From contig CAZEMS010000006.1 of the NCBI GenBank assembly GCA_964513475.1, positions 34,031 through 98,030 on the forward strand: a stretch of 64,000 nucleotides of DNA. The letters run 5' to 3'. The notes below the pieces were generated by a model. It had not been told where the DNA came from. It made no database searches and saw nothing but the letters and a program-made list of their open reading frames with translations. Below are positions 9,973-23,198 of this stretch, piece after piece. How positions within the stretch are numbered: the stretch's first letter is position 1; each line of letters starts with the position of its first letter. The stretch comes from an uncultured Mycobacterium sp. Its GTDB lineage: Bacteria; Actinomycetota; Actinomycetes; Mycobacteriales; Mycobacteriaceae. A program made the position numbers and the translations under genes.

Positions 9973-10250
9973 AACGCCCGGCACGACGCCCTCGGCGGGT
10001 GTGCCGGATCACACCGGCAGCGGCTCCCTGACAGCGCCACCGGCGCTGTGCCACAGAGTCAATGAGAGGTTGCCGAGAGTCCGGCGGGAGGCCAGCTAGA
10101 GCCTTCCCCCCGGGCCTGCCGGGACGGGCGTTCGGCCCTGCGCTTCCGCGGTGGATCACCACCTACTACTGTGCATAGTCGAGCTAGGGTGCATACGAGA
10201 CAAGTGACCCACATCACGGTCAAATCGTCGGCCGAGCAGGAGGCTTCCCG

Positions 10251-10823
10251 GTGAACCGCTACAGATCACGCATTTCGGCGCTCCGGCCGGGTCTGGCCGC
10301 CTGCGGACTGGCCGCAGCCTTCACCTTGAGCGCCTGCGGTTCGGGCCAGATCTCCCAGATGGCCACTCAGGAACCGGCCATCAACGGCACCAGCGCCACC
10401 GTCGGCGAGGTCGCGCTGCGGAACATCCATCTGCGCGCCGAACTGACCAGCGACTACGTGCGGCCAGGAAGCACGGTCGAGTTGCTCTTCGTCGCCGCGA
10501 ACGACTCACCGGACAACAGTGACAAGCTGGTATCGGTCACCTCCGACGTCGGCGAGGTCGATGTCACCGGAGATCGCACCCTGCCGCCGTCCGGTGTGCT
10601 CGTGGTCGGCACCCCGGACGGGCAGCCGACGACATTGGGGAGCGTGGAGGCCGCCGAATCCGCCGAGGCCGAGGTCACGCTCTCCAAACCGATAACCAAC
10701 GGACTGACCTACGATTTCACCTTCACCTTCGAGCGTGCCGGCGAGACCACCGTCGCGGTGCCCGTCTCGGCCGGCGAGGCACCCAGGCGGGAAGTGCTGC
10801 ACGACACCGGCGCCGGTCACTAG
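10251..10823 (+). CDS. lpqE: Lipoprotein LpqE
   Basis: Signal peptide with LSAC lipobox; [10 protein letters not shown]; synteny carD-lpqE-radA. Confidence 0.85.
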   Translation: MNRYRSRISALRPGLAACGLAAAFTLSACGSGQISQMATQEPAINGTSATVGEVALRNIHLRAELTSDYVRPGSTVELLFVAANDSPDNSDKLVSVTSDVGEVDVTGDRTLPPSGVLVVGTPDGQPTTLGSVEAAESAEAEVTLSKPITNGLTYDFTFTFERAGETTVAVPVSAGEAPRREVLHDTGAGH

Positions 10824-10855
10824 GTTCTGTCGGCCCCGGCCGATACCGTCACTGC

Positions 10856-12265
10856 GTGGCCAAACCGCGCTCGCAGTACCGCTGTTCGGAATGTCGCCAC
10901 GTCATGTCCAAGTGGGTCGGCCGCTGCCCGGAGTGCGGCACCTGGGGCACGGTGGACGAGGTCGCGGCAGTCCTGACCGCGGTCAACGGTGCGGCACGGC
11001 GCGCAGTGGTACCGACGTCTCGCGCTGTCCCGATCAGTTCCATCGACCCCGGCGGCAACAGCCATTTCCGCACCGGCGTGAGCGAGCTCGACCGGGTGCT
11101 CGGCGGTGGGCTGGTGCCGGGGTCGGTGACTCTACTGGCCGGGGAACCCGGAGTGGGCAAGTCGACGCTGCTGCTGGAGGTCGCCCACCGCTGGGCGGCA
11201 ACGGGGCGTCGCGCGCTGTACCTGTCCGGTGAGGAGTCGGCCGGCCAGATCCGGCTGCGCGCGGAACGCACCCGCTGCGCCCACGACGACGTGTTCCTGG
11301 CCGCCGAGTCGGACCTGCAGAACGTGCTCGGCCATATCGAGCAGGTGCGGCCCGGACTGGTCGTTGTCGACTCCGTCCAGACCATGTCCACCACCGAGGC
11401 GGACGGCGTCACCGGCGGCGTGACGCAGGTACGCGCCGTCACCACGGCGCTGACCTCCTACGCCAAGGCCGCCGAACCTCCCGGCGTGGCCATGATCCTG
11501 GTCGGGCACGTAACCAAGGACGGTGCCATCGCCGGACCCCGCTCGCTGGAGCACCTGGTCGATGTCGTGCTGCATTTCGAAGGCGACCGGAGCTCTGCGC
11601 TGCGGATGGTCCGGGGCGTCAAGAATCGGTTCGGCCCCGCCGACGAAGTCGGCTGTTTCTCGTTGCACGACAGCGGGATCGAATGTGTGGCCGACCCGTC
11701 CGGGCTGTTCCTGGACCAACGCCCGACGCCGGTGCCGGGCACGGCGGTGACAGTCACCCTCGACGGTAAGCGTCCGCTGATCGGTGAGGTGCAGGCCCTC
11801 ATCGGCGCACCCAACAACGGCACCCCCAGGCGCGCGGTGAGCGGAATCGATTCCGCCCGAGCGGCGATGATCACCGCGGTGCTCGAGCGGCGCGCCAAGA
11901 TTCCCGTCGGCGCGAACGACATCTACCTGTCCACCGTGGGCGGGATGCGGCTCACCGACTCGTCGTCGGACCTCGCGGTCGCGCTGGCCATCGCCTCGGC
12001 GTTCGTGGACCTGCCGCTGCCCACCACCACCGTCGCGATTGGCGAGGTCGGCCTGGCCGGTGATCTGCGTCGGGTCTGCGGTATGGACCGCCGACTCACC
12101 GAGGCGGCCCGACTCGGGTTCACCACCGCGGTGGTGCCGCCCGGGGTCGAATCGGCACCGGCCGGCTTGCGGACCATCACCGCAGACAACATCACCGCGG
12201 CGCTGCGGGTGCTGCAGGATGTCGGCAGGGATTCAGCACGGACCGTGGAGGCGCGATGGCGGTGA
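10856..12265 (+). CDS. radA: DNA repair protein RadA/Sms
   Basis: C4 zinc finger, [14 protein letters not shown]; TACCGT -10 six nt before the GTG. Confidence 0.96.
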   Translation: MAKPRSQYRCSECRHVMSKWVGRCPECGTWGTVDEVAAVLTAVNGAARRAVVPTSRAVPISSIDPGGNSHFRTGVSELDRVLGGGLVPGSVTLLAGEPGVGKSTLLLEVAHRWAATGRRALYLSGEESAGQIRLRAERTRCAHDDVFLAAESDLQNVLGHIEQVRPGLVVVDSVQTMSTTEADGVTGGVTQVRAVTTALTSYAKAAEPPGVAMILVGHVTKDGAIAGPRSLEHLVDVVLHFEGDRSSALRMVRGVKNRFGPADEVGCFSLHDSGIECVADPSGLFLDQRPTPVPGTAVTVTLDGKRPLIGEVQALIGAPNNGTPRRAVSGIDSARAAMITAVLERRAKIPVGANDIYLSTVGGMRLTDSSSDLAVALAIASAFVDLPLPTTTVAIGEVGLAGDLRRVCGMDRRLTEAARLGFTTAVVPPGVESAPAGLRTITADNITAALRVLQDVGRDSARTVEARWR

Positions 12266-13374
12266 AGCCGGGCGGCAGAAGTCGGCGCAACGTGGTCCAG
12301 TTGACCCGTCCCACGCTGCGCGAGACCCTGGGTCGACTGGCGCCGGGTACCGCGCTTCGCGACGGCCTGGAGCGCATCCTGCGCGGGCGCACCGGCGCTC
12401 TGATCGTGCTGGGCTACGACGACAGCGTCGAGGCGATCTGTGACGGCGGATTCGAACTCGACGTCCGATACGCGCCGACCCGGCTGCGGGAGCTGTCCAA
12501 AATGGACGGCGCGGTGGTGCTGTCCAGCGACGGCGGCCGCATCTTGCGGGCGAATGTGCAGTTGGTGCCCGATCCATCGATACCCACCGACGAGTCCGGT
12601 ACCCGCCACCGCAGCGCCGAGCGCACCGCCGTCCAGACCGGGTACCCGGTGATCTCGGTGAGCCACTCGATGTCCATCGTGACCGTCTACGTCGCCGGTG
12701 AGCGGCACGTGGTACCCGACTCCGCGGCCATCCTGTCCCGCGCGAACCAGGCGATCGCCACCCTGGAGCGGTACAAGAGCCGCCTCGACGAGGTCAACCG
12801 ACAGCTGTCCGCCAGCGAGATCGGGGACTTCGTCACACTGCGCGACGTCATGACCGTGGTCCAGCGGCTGGAGATGGTGCGCCGCATCGGACTGGAGATC
12901 GACGCCGACGTGGTGGAACTGGGCACCGACGGCCGGCAGCTCAGACTGCAGCTCGAGGAACTCGTCGGCGACAACGACACCGCACGCGAACTCATCGTGC
13001 GCGACTATCACGCCAATCCCGACCCGCCAGACGCGGCTCAGGTCAGCGCGACGCTGGAGGAACTCGACGGGCTGTCGGACAACGAGCTGCTCGACTTCAC
13101 CACGCTGGCTAGGGTTTTCGGCTATCCGCCCACGGTGGGAGCGCAGGATTCGGCGATGAGTTCGCGCGGCTATCGCGCGATGTCCGGCATCCCCCGGTTG
13201 CAGTTCGCCCACGTCGACCTGCTGGTGCGTTCGTTCGGTTCGTTACGCGGACTGCTGGCCGCCAACACCAGCGACCTGCAGTCGGTCGAGGGCATCGGCT
13301 CGATGTGGGCCCGGCACGTTCGGGAGGGGCTGTCCCAGCTGGCCGAATCGACGATCGCGGACCGACTGGCCTGA
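12256..13374 (+). CDS. disA: DNA integrity scanning diadenylate cyclase DisA
   Basis: DGA and RHR catalytic motifs, C-terminal HhH; follows radA. Confidence 0.95.
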   Translation: MAVKPGGRSRRNVVQLTRPTLRETLGRLAPGTALRDGLERILRGRTGALIVLGYDDSVEAICDGGFELDVRYAPTRLRELSKMDGAVVLSSDGGRILRANVQLVPDPSIPTDESGTRHRSAERTAVQTGYPVISVSHSMSIVTVYVAGERHVVPDSAAILSRANQAIATLERYKSRLDEVNRQLSASEIGDFVTLRDVMTVVQRLEMVRRIGLEIDADVVELGTDGRQLRLQLEELVGDNDTARELIVRDYHANPDPPDAAQVSATLEELDGLSDNELLDFTTLARVFGYPPTVGAQDSAMSSRGYRAMSGIPRLQFAHVDLLVRSFGSLRGLLAANTSDLQSVEGIGSMWARHVREGLSQLAESTIADRLA

Positions 13375-13381
13375 CTCTGGA

Positions 13382-14155
13382 TCAGTTGCCGGTGGCGGGA
13401 CCCGGAAGCGGCGGTGCGCCGTGTTCGACCCCGGGCAGCGCCGCGGCGGCATCGGCCAGGGCGAACGGCACCGACGCCGAGCGCAGGTTGCCCAGCTGCA
13501 CGATCAGGTTGTAGGTCCCCGGCCCTATCGGGGGGCGCGGCAATGGACAGCTCGGAGCCGAGCCCATACCGGTCCAGGTCACCTCGGTGGTCACCTGTTC
13601 CCCCGGGTTGAAGGTCTTGACCAGCGTCTCGTTGGACGGCGCGCAGTCCAGGTTCGACCAGAGCCGGGTGTTGTCCAGCGAGTAGACGTAGGCGGCCAGC
13701 ACCGCTGCTCCCACGTCGCGCTTGCACGACACCAGCCCGATGTTGGTGACCACCATCGTGAACTTCGGCTGATCGCCGACCACGTATTCCGGCTGGCTGG
13801 TGATGCCCTTGACGGCCAGGGTCGAGTCCGGGCAGTCGTCGCCTTCCTGCAGCACCGGCGGTGGGACCACCGCGCTGACCGGGGTGGGCGTCGGCGGCGG
13901 CGCATCCTGGGCCGGAGGCTGTATGGGTGACTTGACCTCGGGGTTCTCGCCAGGCAACGGGGTCGGGCCAGCCGCCGCCGGATTCTCGGCCGACTTCTCG
14001 GCGGTCGCCGGTTCAGATCCCCCGGAGTTGTTGACGATCACGACGACGATGGCGGCGACGATTCCGATCACAACGACCGCGATGCCCAACGCCAGCGCCC
14101 TGCGCCGCCAATAGATTTGCGGGGGCAGTGGGCCATGCGGTTCTAGATCGAGCAC
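13382..14155 (-). CDS. Conserved membrane protein (Rv3587c-like)
   Basis: LDLEPHGPLPPQIYWRRR, one TM helix, Pro-rich linker; synteny. GTG start inferred. Confidence 0.8.
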   Translation of the reverse strand: MLDLEPHGPLPPQIYWRRRALALGIAVVVIGIVAAIVVVIVNNSGGSEPATAEKSAENPAAAGPTPLPGENPEVKSPIQPPAQDAPPPTPTPVSAVVPPPVLQEGDDCPDSTLAVKGITSQPEYVVGDQPKFTMVVTNIGLVSCKRDVGAAVLAAYVYSLDNTRLWSNLDCAPSNETLVKTFNPGEQVTTEVTWTGMGSAPSCPLPRPPIGPGTYNLIVQLGNLRSASVPFALADAAAALPGVEHGAPPLPGPATGN

Positions 14156-14214
14156 AGCATCACGGTAAGCCCAGGTCACGCCGTGTCGTCCGACCTGGCT
14201 CGGCGTGTCGCCGT

Positions 14215-14835
14215 TCAGGCTTCTCCGATTTCGCCCAAGTGCTCGCGCAACACCACCCGACCGTCGGCCAGTTGGTAGGTAACGCCGGCGATGGCCAGCG
14301 ACCCGTTGGTGACCCGTTGGGAGATCGCGGTGGAGCGGTTCAGCATCTGCACACCGGTTTCGATGACGTGCCGGACGGTGAACTCGTCGACGCCGGTCAG
14401 CCCGTCGCGGCGGCCCAGCAGGATTGACGGGGTCACCCGTTCCACCACGTCGCGGACGTATCCGTCGGGCACCTCACCTTGATCGAGCGCCGCCAGCGTC
14501 GCCTTCACCGCGCCGCAGCTGTCGTGGCCCAACACCACCACCAGTGGCACCTCGAGGACCGTGACCGCGAACTCGATGGAGCCCAGTACTGCGGAGTCGA
14601 CCACATGGCCGGCGGTGCGCACCACGAACATGTCCCCGAGACCCTGGTCGAAGATGATCTCGGCGGCCACCCGGCTGTCGGCGCACCCGAACACCACCGC
14701 GGTCGGTTTCTGGGCCGCGGCCAGGCTGGCCCGGTGCTCGATGCTTTGGCTGGGATGCAGCGGCTTGCCGGCGACGAAGCGCTCGTTACCCTCCTTGAGT
14801 GCCTTCCATGCGGTCGCCGGGCTTGTTCTGGGCAT
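14215..14835 (-). CDS. canB: Beta-class carbonic anhydrase (Rv3588c-like)
   Basis: GCADSRV and GHDSCGAV zinc motifs; WKALKEGNERF. Confidence 0.93.
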   Translation of the reverse strand: MPRTSPATAWKALKEGNERFVAGKPLHPSQSIEHRASLAAAQKPTAVVFGCADSRVAAEIIFDQGLGDMFVVRTAGHVVDSAVLGSIEFAVTVLEVPLVVVLGHDSCGAVKATLAALDQGEVPDGYVRDVVERVTPSILLGRRDGLTGVDEFTVRHVIETGVQMLNRSTAISQRVTNGSLAIAGVTYQLADGRVVLREHLGEIGEA

Positions 14836-14875
14836 GGCCGCCATTCTGCCCCAGAAGCCGCGGACCGGGTGTCCG

Positions 14876-15757
14876 ATGAGTATCAGCGCGCCCGAGCTGT
14901 TGGCGTGGTACGACCTCGCCCATCGGGATCTGCCCTGGCGCCGGCCAGAGGTGTCGGCGTGGCAGATCCTGGTCAGCGAGTTCATGCTGCAGCAGACCCC
15001 GGTCGCCCGGGTGGAACCGATCTGGCTGGCCTGGGTGGCCCGCTGGCCGACGCCCTCGGCAACTGCCGCGGCCGGCGCGGGCGAAGTCTTGCGCGCCTGG
15101 GGCAAGCTGGGTTACCCACGCCGCGCGAAGCGTCTGCACGAGTGCGCAACGGTGATCGCCGCCGACCACGGTGACGCGGTACCCGAGGACGTGGACACGC
15201 TGCTCAGCCTCCCCGGCATCGGCGCGTACACCGCCCGGGCCATCGCCTGTTTCGCCCACCGCCAGCGGGTGCCCGTCGTCGACACCAACGTGCGCCGAGT
15301 CGTCACCCGCGTCGTACACGGACGCGCGGATGCCGCCGCCTCATCGAGCGCCCGCGACCTGGACGCGGTCGCTGCCCTGTTGCCTGACGACGACCGGGCG
15401 CCGGCCTTCTCGGCGGCGTTGATGGAGTTGGGTACGGTGGTATGCACGGCACGGTCTCCGCGCTGCGGCCTCTGCCCGTTGAGTTCATGCCGCTGGCGAT
15501 CGCTGGGCTATCCGCCAGGCACCGGCGCACGAAGGGTGCAGCGCTACGCCGGCACCGACCGACAGGTACGCGGCCGGCTGCTGGATGTGCTGCGAGCCAG
15601 CGATTCTCCGGTGACCCGCGCGCAACTCGACCTGGTGTGGCCTGCCGATACCGTTCAGCGAGACCGCGCCCTGGGTTCGTTGCTGGTCGACGGGCTGGTG
15701 GAGCAGACCGCCAGCGGCCTGTTCGCCCTCGCCGGCGAGGCCGACCCCCCTTCCTAA
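14876..15757 (+). CDS. mutY: A/G-specific adenine glycosylase
   Basis: SEFMLQQT, LGYPRRA, LPGIGAYTA (HhH), VDTNVRRV, Fe-S cysteines CTARSPRCGLCPLSSC. Confidence 0.94.
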   Translation: MSISAPELLAWYDLAHRDLPWRRPEVSAWQILVSEFMLQQTPVARVEPIWLAWVARWPTPSATAAAGAGEVLRAWGKLGYPRRAKRLHECATVIAADHGDAVPEDVDTLLSLPGIGAYTARAIACFAHRQRVPVVDTNVRRVVTRVVHGRADAAASSSARDLDAVAALLPDDDRAPAFSAALMELGTVVCTARSPRCGLCPLSSCRWRSLGYPPGTGARRVQRYAGTDRQVRGRLLDVLRASDSPVTRAQLDLVWPADTVQRDRALGSLLVDGLVEQTASGLFALAGEADPPS

Positions 15758-15779
15758 CGCCCAAACCCACGTTTGGGCG
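15758..15779. terminator. Perfect 9-bp hairpin between convergent mutY and hydrolase genes
   Basis: CGCCCAAAC-ccac-GTTTGGGCG. Confidence 0.6.
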
Positions 15780-15814
15780 AGAAAGTGCGAGAAAAAGCCG
15801 CCATTTCGTCGATC

Positions 15815-16582
15815 TCAGCGAGAGCGTGTCAGCGTCAGGAAGGACCGCACGGCCTCGCGATAGACCTCGGGGCGCTCGTCGTGCACCAGATGCCCGGAAC
15901 CTGTGACGTGTACATAGGTCGTTCGGCGGCCGGTCTCTGCCATCCGCCACATCTGAGCCGGCGGCGTGACGGAGTTCCCGGCTTCGATGAGCAACGCCGG
16001 CGCCTTCACCTGCTCCCACTGCTTCCAGTAGCCGCGCTGCCCCCACTCGGCGGCGATCCGAATCCAGTCGCTGGGCTGCCCGTGCAGCCGCCAGCCTGTC
16101 GCCGTCTGATCAAACGCCTCCAGGAAGTACCGGCCGGCCACCGGTCCGAACACATCGTAAATCCCTTGTGGCGAGCCGAATTCGGCCGGCAACGCCATCA
16201 ACCAAGGCTCCCACGGGCCGGTGGTGCGCCCGCGGAAATCCGGCGCCATATCCTCGACCACCAACGCCGAAACCAGATCGGGTCGCTCTGCTGCCAGGCA
16301 CCAGGAATGCAGGGCGCCCATCGAGTGGCCGACAAGCGTGACCGGCCGGTTCAGTTCACCTACGGCGGAGGCCAGATCGGTGACGAACTGCTCGGTGCTG
16401 ATCGGGAAGGGATGCACGACGGCGCTGCCGCGATGCCAGGGGGCGTCGTAGGTGAAGACCCTGCCCAGCTCTCTCAGCCAGGGTAGCTGCCGCGACCAGG
16501 TGGTACCCCGTCCCATCAGACCGTGCACCAGCACCAGCGGTTCACCCCGACCACCTCGGTCGGTGAGCAGTCGTGTGGCCAC
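15815..16582 (-). CDS. Alpha/beta hydrolase (Rv3591c-like)
   Basis: VHGLMG, GHSMG nucleophile elbow, GHLVHDE; divergent from mhuD. Confidence 0.85.
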   Translation of the reverse strand: MATRLLTDRGGRGEPLVLVHGLMGRGTTWSRQLPWLRELGRVFTYDAPWHRGSAVVHPFPISTEQFVTDLASAVGELNRPVTLVGHSMGALHSWCLAAERPDLVSALVVEDMAPDFRGRTTGPWEPWLMALPAEFGSPQGIYDVFGPVAGRYFLEAFDQTATGWRLHGQPSDWIRIAAEWGQRGYWKQWEQVKAPALLIEAGNSVTPPAQMWRMAETGRRTTYVHVTGSGHLVHDERPEVYREAVRSFLTLTRSR

Positions 16583-16639
16583 TCCCCCATCATGCCGAGC
16601 TCGCTCTACCCGGCGTCGCGGGAGCGGTAGCCTAATGCC

Positions 16640-16957
16640 ATGCCCGTGGTGAAGATCAACGCAATCGAGGTCCCGCCCGATGCCGGCCCGGAGCTGGAGA
16701 AGCGATTCGCGCATCGGGCCCACGCCGTCGACAATCAGCCCGGCTTCCTCGGCTTCCAGCTGTTGCGGCCGATCAAAGGCGAGGACCGCTACTTCGTCGT
16801 CACGCAGTGGGAGTCCGAGGAAGCATTCCAAAGGTGGGCGACCGGCCCCGCGATCGAGGCGCATGCCGGTGAACGCGCCAACCCCGTCGCCACCGGTGCG
16901 TCACTGCTCGAGTTCGAGGTTGTGTTGGACGTTGCGGGGACCGAAGACAAGGGCTGA
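16640..16957 (+). CDS. mhuD: Mycobilin-forming heme oxygenase
   Basis: MPVVKINAIEV with N7, W66, H75; TAGCCT -10 six nt before the ATG. Confidence 0.94.
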   Translation: MPVVKINAIEVPPDAGPELEKRFAHRAHAVDNQPGFLGFQLLRPIKGEDRYFVVTQWESEEAFQRWATGPAIEAHAGERANPVATGASLLEFEVVLDVAGTEDKG

Positions 16958-16958
16958 C

Positions 16959-18296
16959 ATGCGCCGGGTGCATCGCCGCGCGAAGGCGTTGACCGCCGCC
17001 GCCGCACTGGTCATCACCCTCGCCTGCGGCTGCGCCGACTCCCAGACCGCGCCTGCCGGTGCGGCCTATGGTGCGCGCATCGACACCAACACTCCGCAGG
17101 GTCTGCGGGCCAAACAGACCATGGACATGATCAATTCGGATTGGCCTATCGGCGACGTCGGCGTGCGCACCATGGCGGTAGAACAACAGGTCCAGCACAT
17201 CACCGATGCCATGGGCAACCTGTGGTGGGACCGTCCGATCACGGTGACCGGGATGGACGTCGGCGCCGGCAGCGCCACCTTGCACGTTCAGACGTCATAC
17301 GGTGTCGCTCAGGACATCGAGCTCCGCACGAACGCCGAAGGCATGGTTGACCGATTCGAGGTGTCGCTGCGGACCCCCGGAATCGCCGACTGGTCCGATA
17401 TCGACGCCGCTCTGGCTGCCACCGGCGCGCGGTACTCCTACCAGGTGTCGAGGGTGAACTCCGGTCAATGCGAATCGTTCGCCGGGACCAATACCGACGT
17501 CTCGTTGCCACTGGCGTCGATCTTCAAGCTCTACGTGCTGCTGGCCGTCGCGGACGGCATACACGCGGGAACCATCAGCTGGGACGACGAACTCACCATC
17601 ACCGAGGAGGCCAAAGCGGTCGGTTCGGCCGAGTTGGACGACTTGCCCCCGGGTACCCGGATTTCGGTGCGCACCGCCGCCCAGCAGATGATCTCGGCGT
17701 CGGACAACATGACCACCGACCTGCTGATCAACCGGCTGGGTTCGGCAGCCGTCGAACGCGCCCTGGTGCGCGCCGGCCACCACGACCCGGCGAGCATGAC
17801 CCCGTTCCCGACCATGCACGAACTGTTCTCGGTCGGCTGGGGCGAACCCGATCTACGCGAACAGTGGAAGGACGCCTCACCGCAGGTCCGTGCGCAATTG
17901 CTGCAGACCACGAAGACCCGCCCCTACGAACCGGACCCGAATCGCACCCACACGCCGGCATCCATCTACGGCGCCGAATGGTACGGAAGCGCCGACGACA
18001 TCTGCCGAGTGCATGCCGCCCTGCAGGCTGCCGCCTTCGGGCCGGCCGCCCCGGTCCGGGGAATCCTCGCCGCGATCCCGGGCATCGACCTGGACCCGAT
18101 CGAGTGGCCCTACATCGGAGCCAAGGCCGGCAACCTTCCCGGCGACCTGACATTCAGCTGGTACGCCGTCGACCGCACCGGCCAGCCGTGGGTGGTCAGC
18201 TTCCAGCTGAACTGGCCCCAATATCGCAGCCCCACCGCGGCGAGCTGGCTACTGTCGATCGTCGAGCAGACCTTCGAGCTCATTCCCGTCCGGTGA
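16959..18296 (+). CDS. lpqF: Serine hydrolase lipoprotein LpqF (beta-lactamase-like)
   Basis: LACGC lipobox; SIFK, SDN, KAG motifs; synteny. Confidence 0.85.
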   Translation: MRRVHRRAKALTAAAALVITLACGCADSQTAPAGAAYGARIDTNTPQGLRAKQTMDMINSDWPIGDVGVRTMAVEQQVQHITDAMGNLWWDRPITVTGMDVGAGSATLHVQTSYGVAQDIELRTNAEGMVDRFEVSLRTPGIADWSDIDAALAATGARYSYQVSRVNSGQCESFAGTNTDVSLPLASIFKLYVLLAVADGIHAGTISWDDELTITEEAKAVGSAELDDLPPGTRISVRTAAQQMISASDNMTTDLLINRLGSAAVERALVRAGHHDPASMTPFPTMHELFSVGWGEPDLREQWKDASPQVRAQLLQTTKTRPYEPDPNRTHTPASIYGAEWYGSADDICRVHAALQAAAFGPAAPVRGILAAIPGIDLDPIEWPYIGAKAGNLPGDLTFSWYAVDRTGQPWVVSFQLNWPQYRSPTAASWLLSIVEQTFELIPVR

Positions 18297-18308
18297 GCGG
18301 CAGCCCTC

Positions 18309-20849
<2,541 letters not shown>

Positions 20850-21035
20850 CGGTGCTTACCTGCTCTCCATCGCATAGCGCGGCATTTCGCACTGATCCGT
20901 GCAGAATGCCTGCCGTCCACTCTAGTGGGCGGCGTACCCGGCTGCCCCGCTGGCGGTACGGGCCGGTCGGTCTGGCCGTACGGTCTGACCGGTGCAGCGC
21001 CGATGCGGCACTGCCACTACTTTGCGGGATACTTC

Positions 21036-21063
21036 CTGCGCCCGGTACTGCGCCCGGTACTGC
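21036..21063. repeat. 12-bp tandem repeat CTGCGCCCGGTA x2.3
   Basis: Read directly from the clpC1-lsr2 intergenic region. Confidence 0.85.
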
Positions 21064-21162
21064 ACAGCATCAACGCCAGATGGTGAGGAAACGTTTCCCG
21101 CCCATCAGCCGTTCACCACCAGCGAAACCGCTGACCCCTGCGCTTCTTCCGCAACTATCTCC

Positions 21163-21189
21163 GCGGCTACTTGGCGGCTACTTGGCGGC
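21163..21189. repeat. 11-bp tandem repeat GCGGCTACTTG x2.5 duplicating the lsr2 stop codon
   Basis: Copies at 21163 and 21174; the lsr2 TAG lies in the second. Confidence 0.85.
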
Positions 21190-21519
21190 GTGGAATGCGT
21201 CGATGATGTCCGCGGGGATTCGGCCCCTGGTGGACACGTTGTGGCCATTGCGACGCGCCCAGTCGCGAATCGCGGCGCTCTGCTCACGGTCGATCGATCC
21301 GCGTCCCCGGCCGTTGGGGGTGCCCCGCCCGCGCCGGCGTCCACCAACCCGGCGGCCCGCGGAAATCCAGTGCTTGAGGTCGTTGCGCAGTTTCGCGGCA
21401 TTCTTCGCAGAAAGGTCGATTTCGTAGCTAACACCGTCCAGCCCGAACTCAACAGTCTCGTCCGCGGTGCCCTCGCCGTCAAAATCGTCGACCAACGTGA
21501 CAGTCACTTTTTTCGCCAT
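21178..21519 (-). CDS. lsr2: Nucleoid-associated protein Lsr2
   Basis: [32 protein letters not shown]-hook-like motif. Confidence 0.97.
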   Translation of the reverse strand: MAKKVTVTLVDDFDGEGTADETVEFGLDGVSYEIDLSAKNAAKLRNDLKHWISAGRRVGGRRRGRGTPNGRGRGSIDREQSAAIRDWARRNGHNVSTRGRIPADIIDAFHAAK

Positions 21520-21645
21520 CACTCACTGACCCCTCTGCATATGACATTTGACAGGTGTTAATAGGACAACGGCCGAACCGCTATCAATGTGCCATATTGT
21601 CGTTGACTATTCAACAAGACCAAACAAGTCGCCGAAGACAACGCA

Positions 21646-23175
21646 TCAGGGACCGTGGCGACGCACGATGGGAAACAGGACGGTCTCCCGAATTGACAGT
21701 CCGGTCAAGGCCATCAAGAGGCGGTCGATGCCCATTCCAGTGCCGGTCGTCGGCGGCATGCCATATTCCAGCGCCGCAAGAAAGTCCTCGTCAAGCACCA
21801 TCGCCTCATCGTCGCCAGCTGCCGCGGCACGGGCCTGCGCTTCGAACCGCTCGCGTTGAATTACCGGATCGATCAGTTCGGAATATCCGGTCGCCAACTC
21901 AATGTGGCGTATGTATAGGTCCCATTTCTCCGTGACACCGGGAAGACTACGGTGAGCTCGTGTCAGCGGTGTAGTTTCCACCGGGAAGTCCCGGACGAAC
22001 GTCGGAGCCCACAATTTGTCGCCGACGGTGTGCTCCCACAGCGTCTCGACCAATTTGCCGTGGCCGTACCCGCGGTTGCGCGGAATCTCCAGGTTCAACC
22101 GGTCTGCTTTCTCGAACAGAAGCTCGGGAGTCGTTTCCGGGGTGATCTCTTCGCCGAGTGCCTCCGATAAGGAGGGATACATTTCCACCGAATTCCAGTC
22201 ACCGTCCAGGTCGTAGACGGTGCCGTCGGGCAGCGGCACCTCGCGGGTGCCGATGGCCTCGTCGGCCACCTCTAGAATGAGTTCTCGGGTGACGACCGCG
22301 GAATCGTCGTACGTTCCGTACGCCTGATAGGTCTCCAGCATCGCGAACTCGGGTGAATGCGTGGAATCGGCACCTTCGTTCCGGAACACCCGGTTCAGCT
22401 CGTAAACCCTCTCGAAACCGCCGACAAGACAGCGTTTGAGGAACAGTTCCGGCGCGATCCGAAGGTACAGGTCGGCGTCGAGGGCATTGGAATGCGTGAC
22501 GAAGGGGCGGGCGGCCGCACCTCCGGCGAGCGTCTGCAACATGGGCGTCTCGACCTCCAGGAAGCCGCGGCGTTCCAACGCCGAACGCACCGCGCGGACC
22601 ACTGCGATCCGCTGGCGGGCAACGCTGCGGGCCTCCGGCCGGACGATCAGGTCGACGTAGCGCTGTCGCACTCGCGACTCCTCGCTCATCTCCTTGTGTG
22701 CGACCGGAAGAGGTCTCAGAGACTTCGACACGATTTCCCAGGAATCGGCGAGCACGGACAACTCGCCCCGCCGCGAACTGATCACCTCGCCGTGAACGAA
22801 GACGATGTCGCCAAGGTCGACATCGGCTTTCCAGGCGTCCAGAGAATCCTGTCCCACCTGCGCCAGGCTGATCATCGCCTGCAGCTGGGCGCCGTCGCCC
22901 TCCTGCAGCGTGGCGAAGCAGAGCTTCCCGGAGTTGCGAGCGAACACCACCCGGCCGGCGACCCCGACAACCTCGCCGGTCTGGGCGTCGGCGGCAAGGT
23001 CCGGGTAGGCCCGCCTGATCTCGGCGAGGGTATGGGTACGGGCCACCTCGACGGGGTAGGGATCTCGGCCCTCGGCGAGCAGCCGGTCTCTCTTGGCCTG
23101 CCGAATCCGGAACTGCTCGGGCAGGTCTTGGGGCAGATCTTCTGGGAGGTCTGGGCCGCTGTCCGCTGACGTCAC
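21646..23175 (-). CDS. lysS: Lysine--tRNA ligase (class II)
   Basis: OB-fold anticodon domain, [25 protein letters not shown] start inferred. Confidence 0.96.
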   Translation of the reverse strand: MTSADSGPDLPEDLPQDLPEQFRIRQAKRDRLLAEGRDPYPVEVARTHTLAEIRRAYPDLAADAQTGEVVGVAGRVVFARNSGKLCFATLQEGDGAQLQAMISLAQVGQDSLDAWKADVDLGDIVFVHGEVISSRRGELSVLADSWEIVSKSLRPLPVAHKEMSEESRVRQRYVDLIVRPEARSVARQRIAVVRAVRSALERRGFLEVETPMLQTLAGGAAARPFVTHSNALDADLYLRIAPELFLKRCLVGGFERVYELNRVFRNEGADSTHSPEFAMLETYQAYGTYDDSAVVTRELILEVADEAIGTREVPLPDGTVYDLDGDWNSVEMYPSLSEALGEEITPETTPELLFEKADRLNLEIPRNRGYGHGKLVETLWEHTVGDKLWAPTFVRDFPVETTPLTRAHRSLPGVTEKWDLYIRHIELATGYSELIDPVIQRERFEAQARAAAAGDDEAMVLDEDFLAALEYGMPPTTGTGMGIDRLLMALTGLSIRETVLFPIVRRHGP

Positions 23176-23198
23176 GGGGTGCCAGCTTAAATGAAGAC

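Noticed and set aside
9908-10099. 63-aa Lys/Pro-rich ORF in the carD-lpqE gap
   Set aside because: Low complexity produced by the 11-bp repeats; no RBS or family signature.
20867-20884. CGC-N5-GCG ClgR-like site upstream of clpC1
   Set aside because: Only the GC core matches; flanks and spacer deviate, so it is expected by chance at this GC content.
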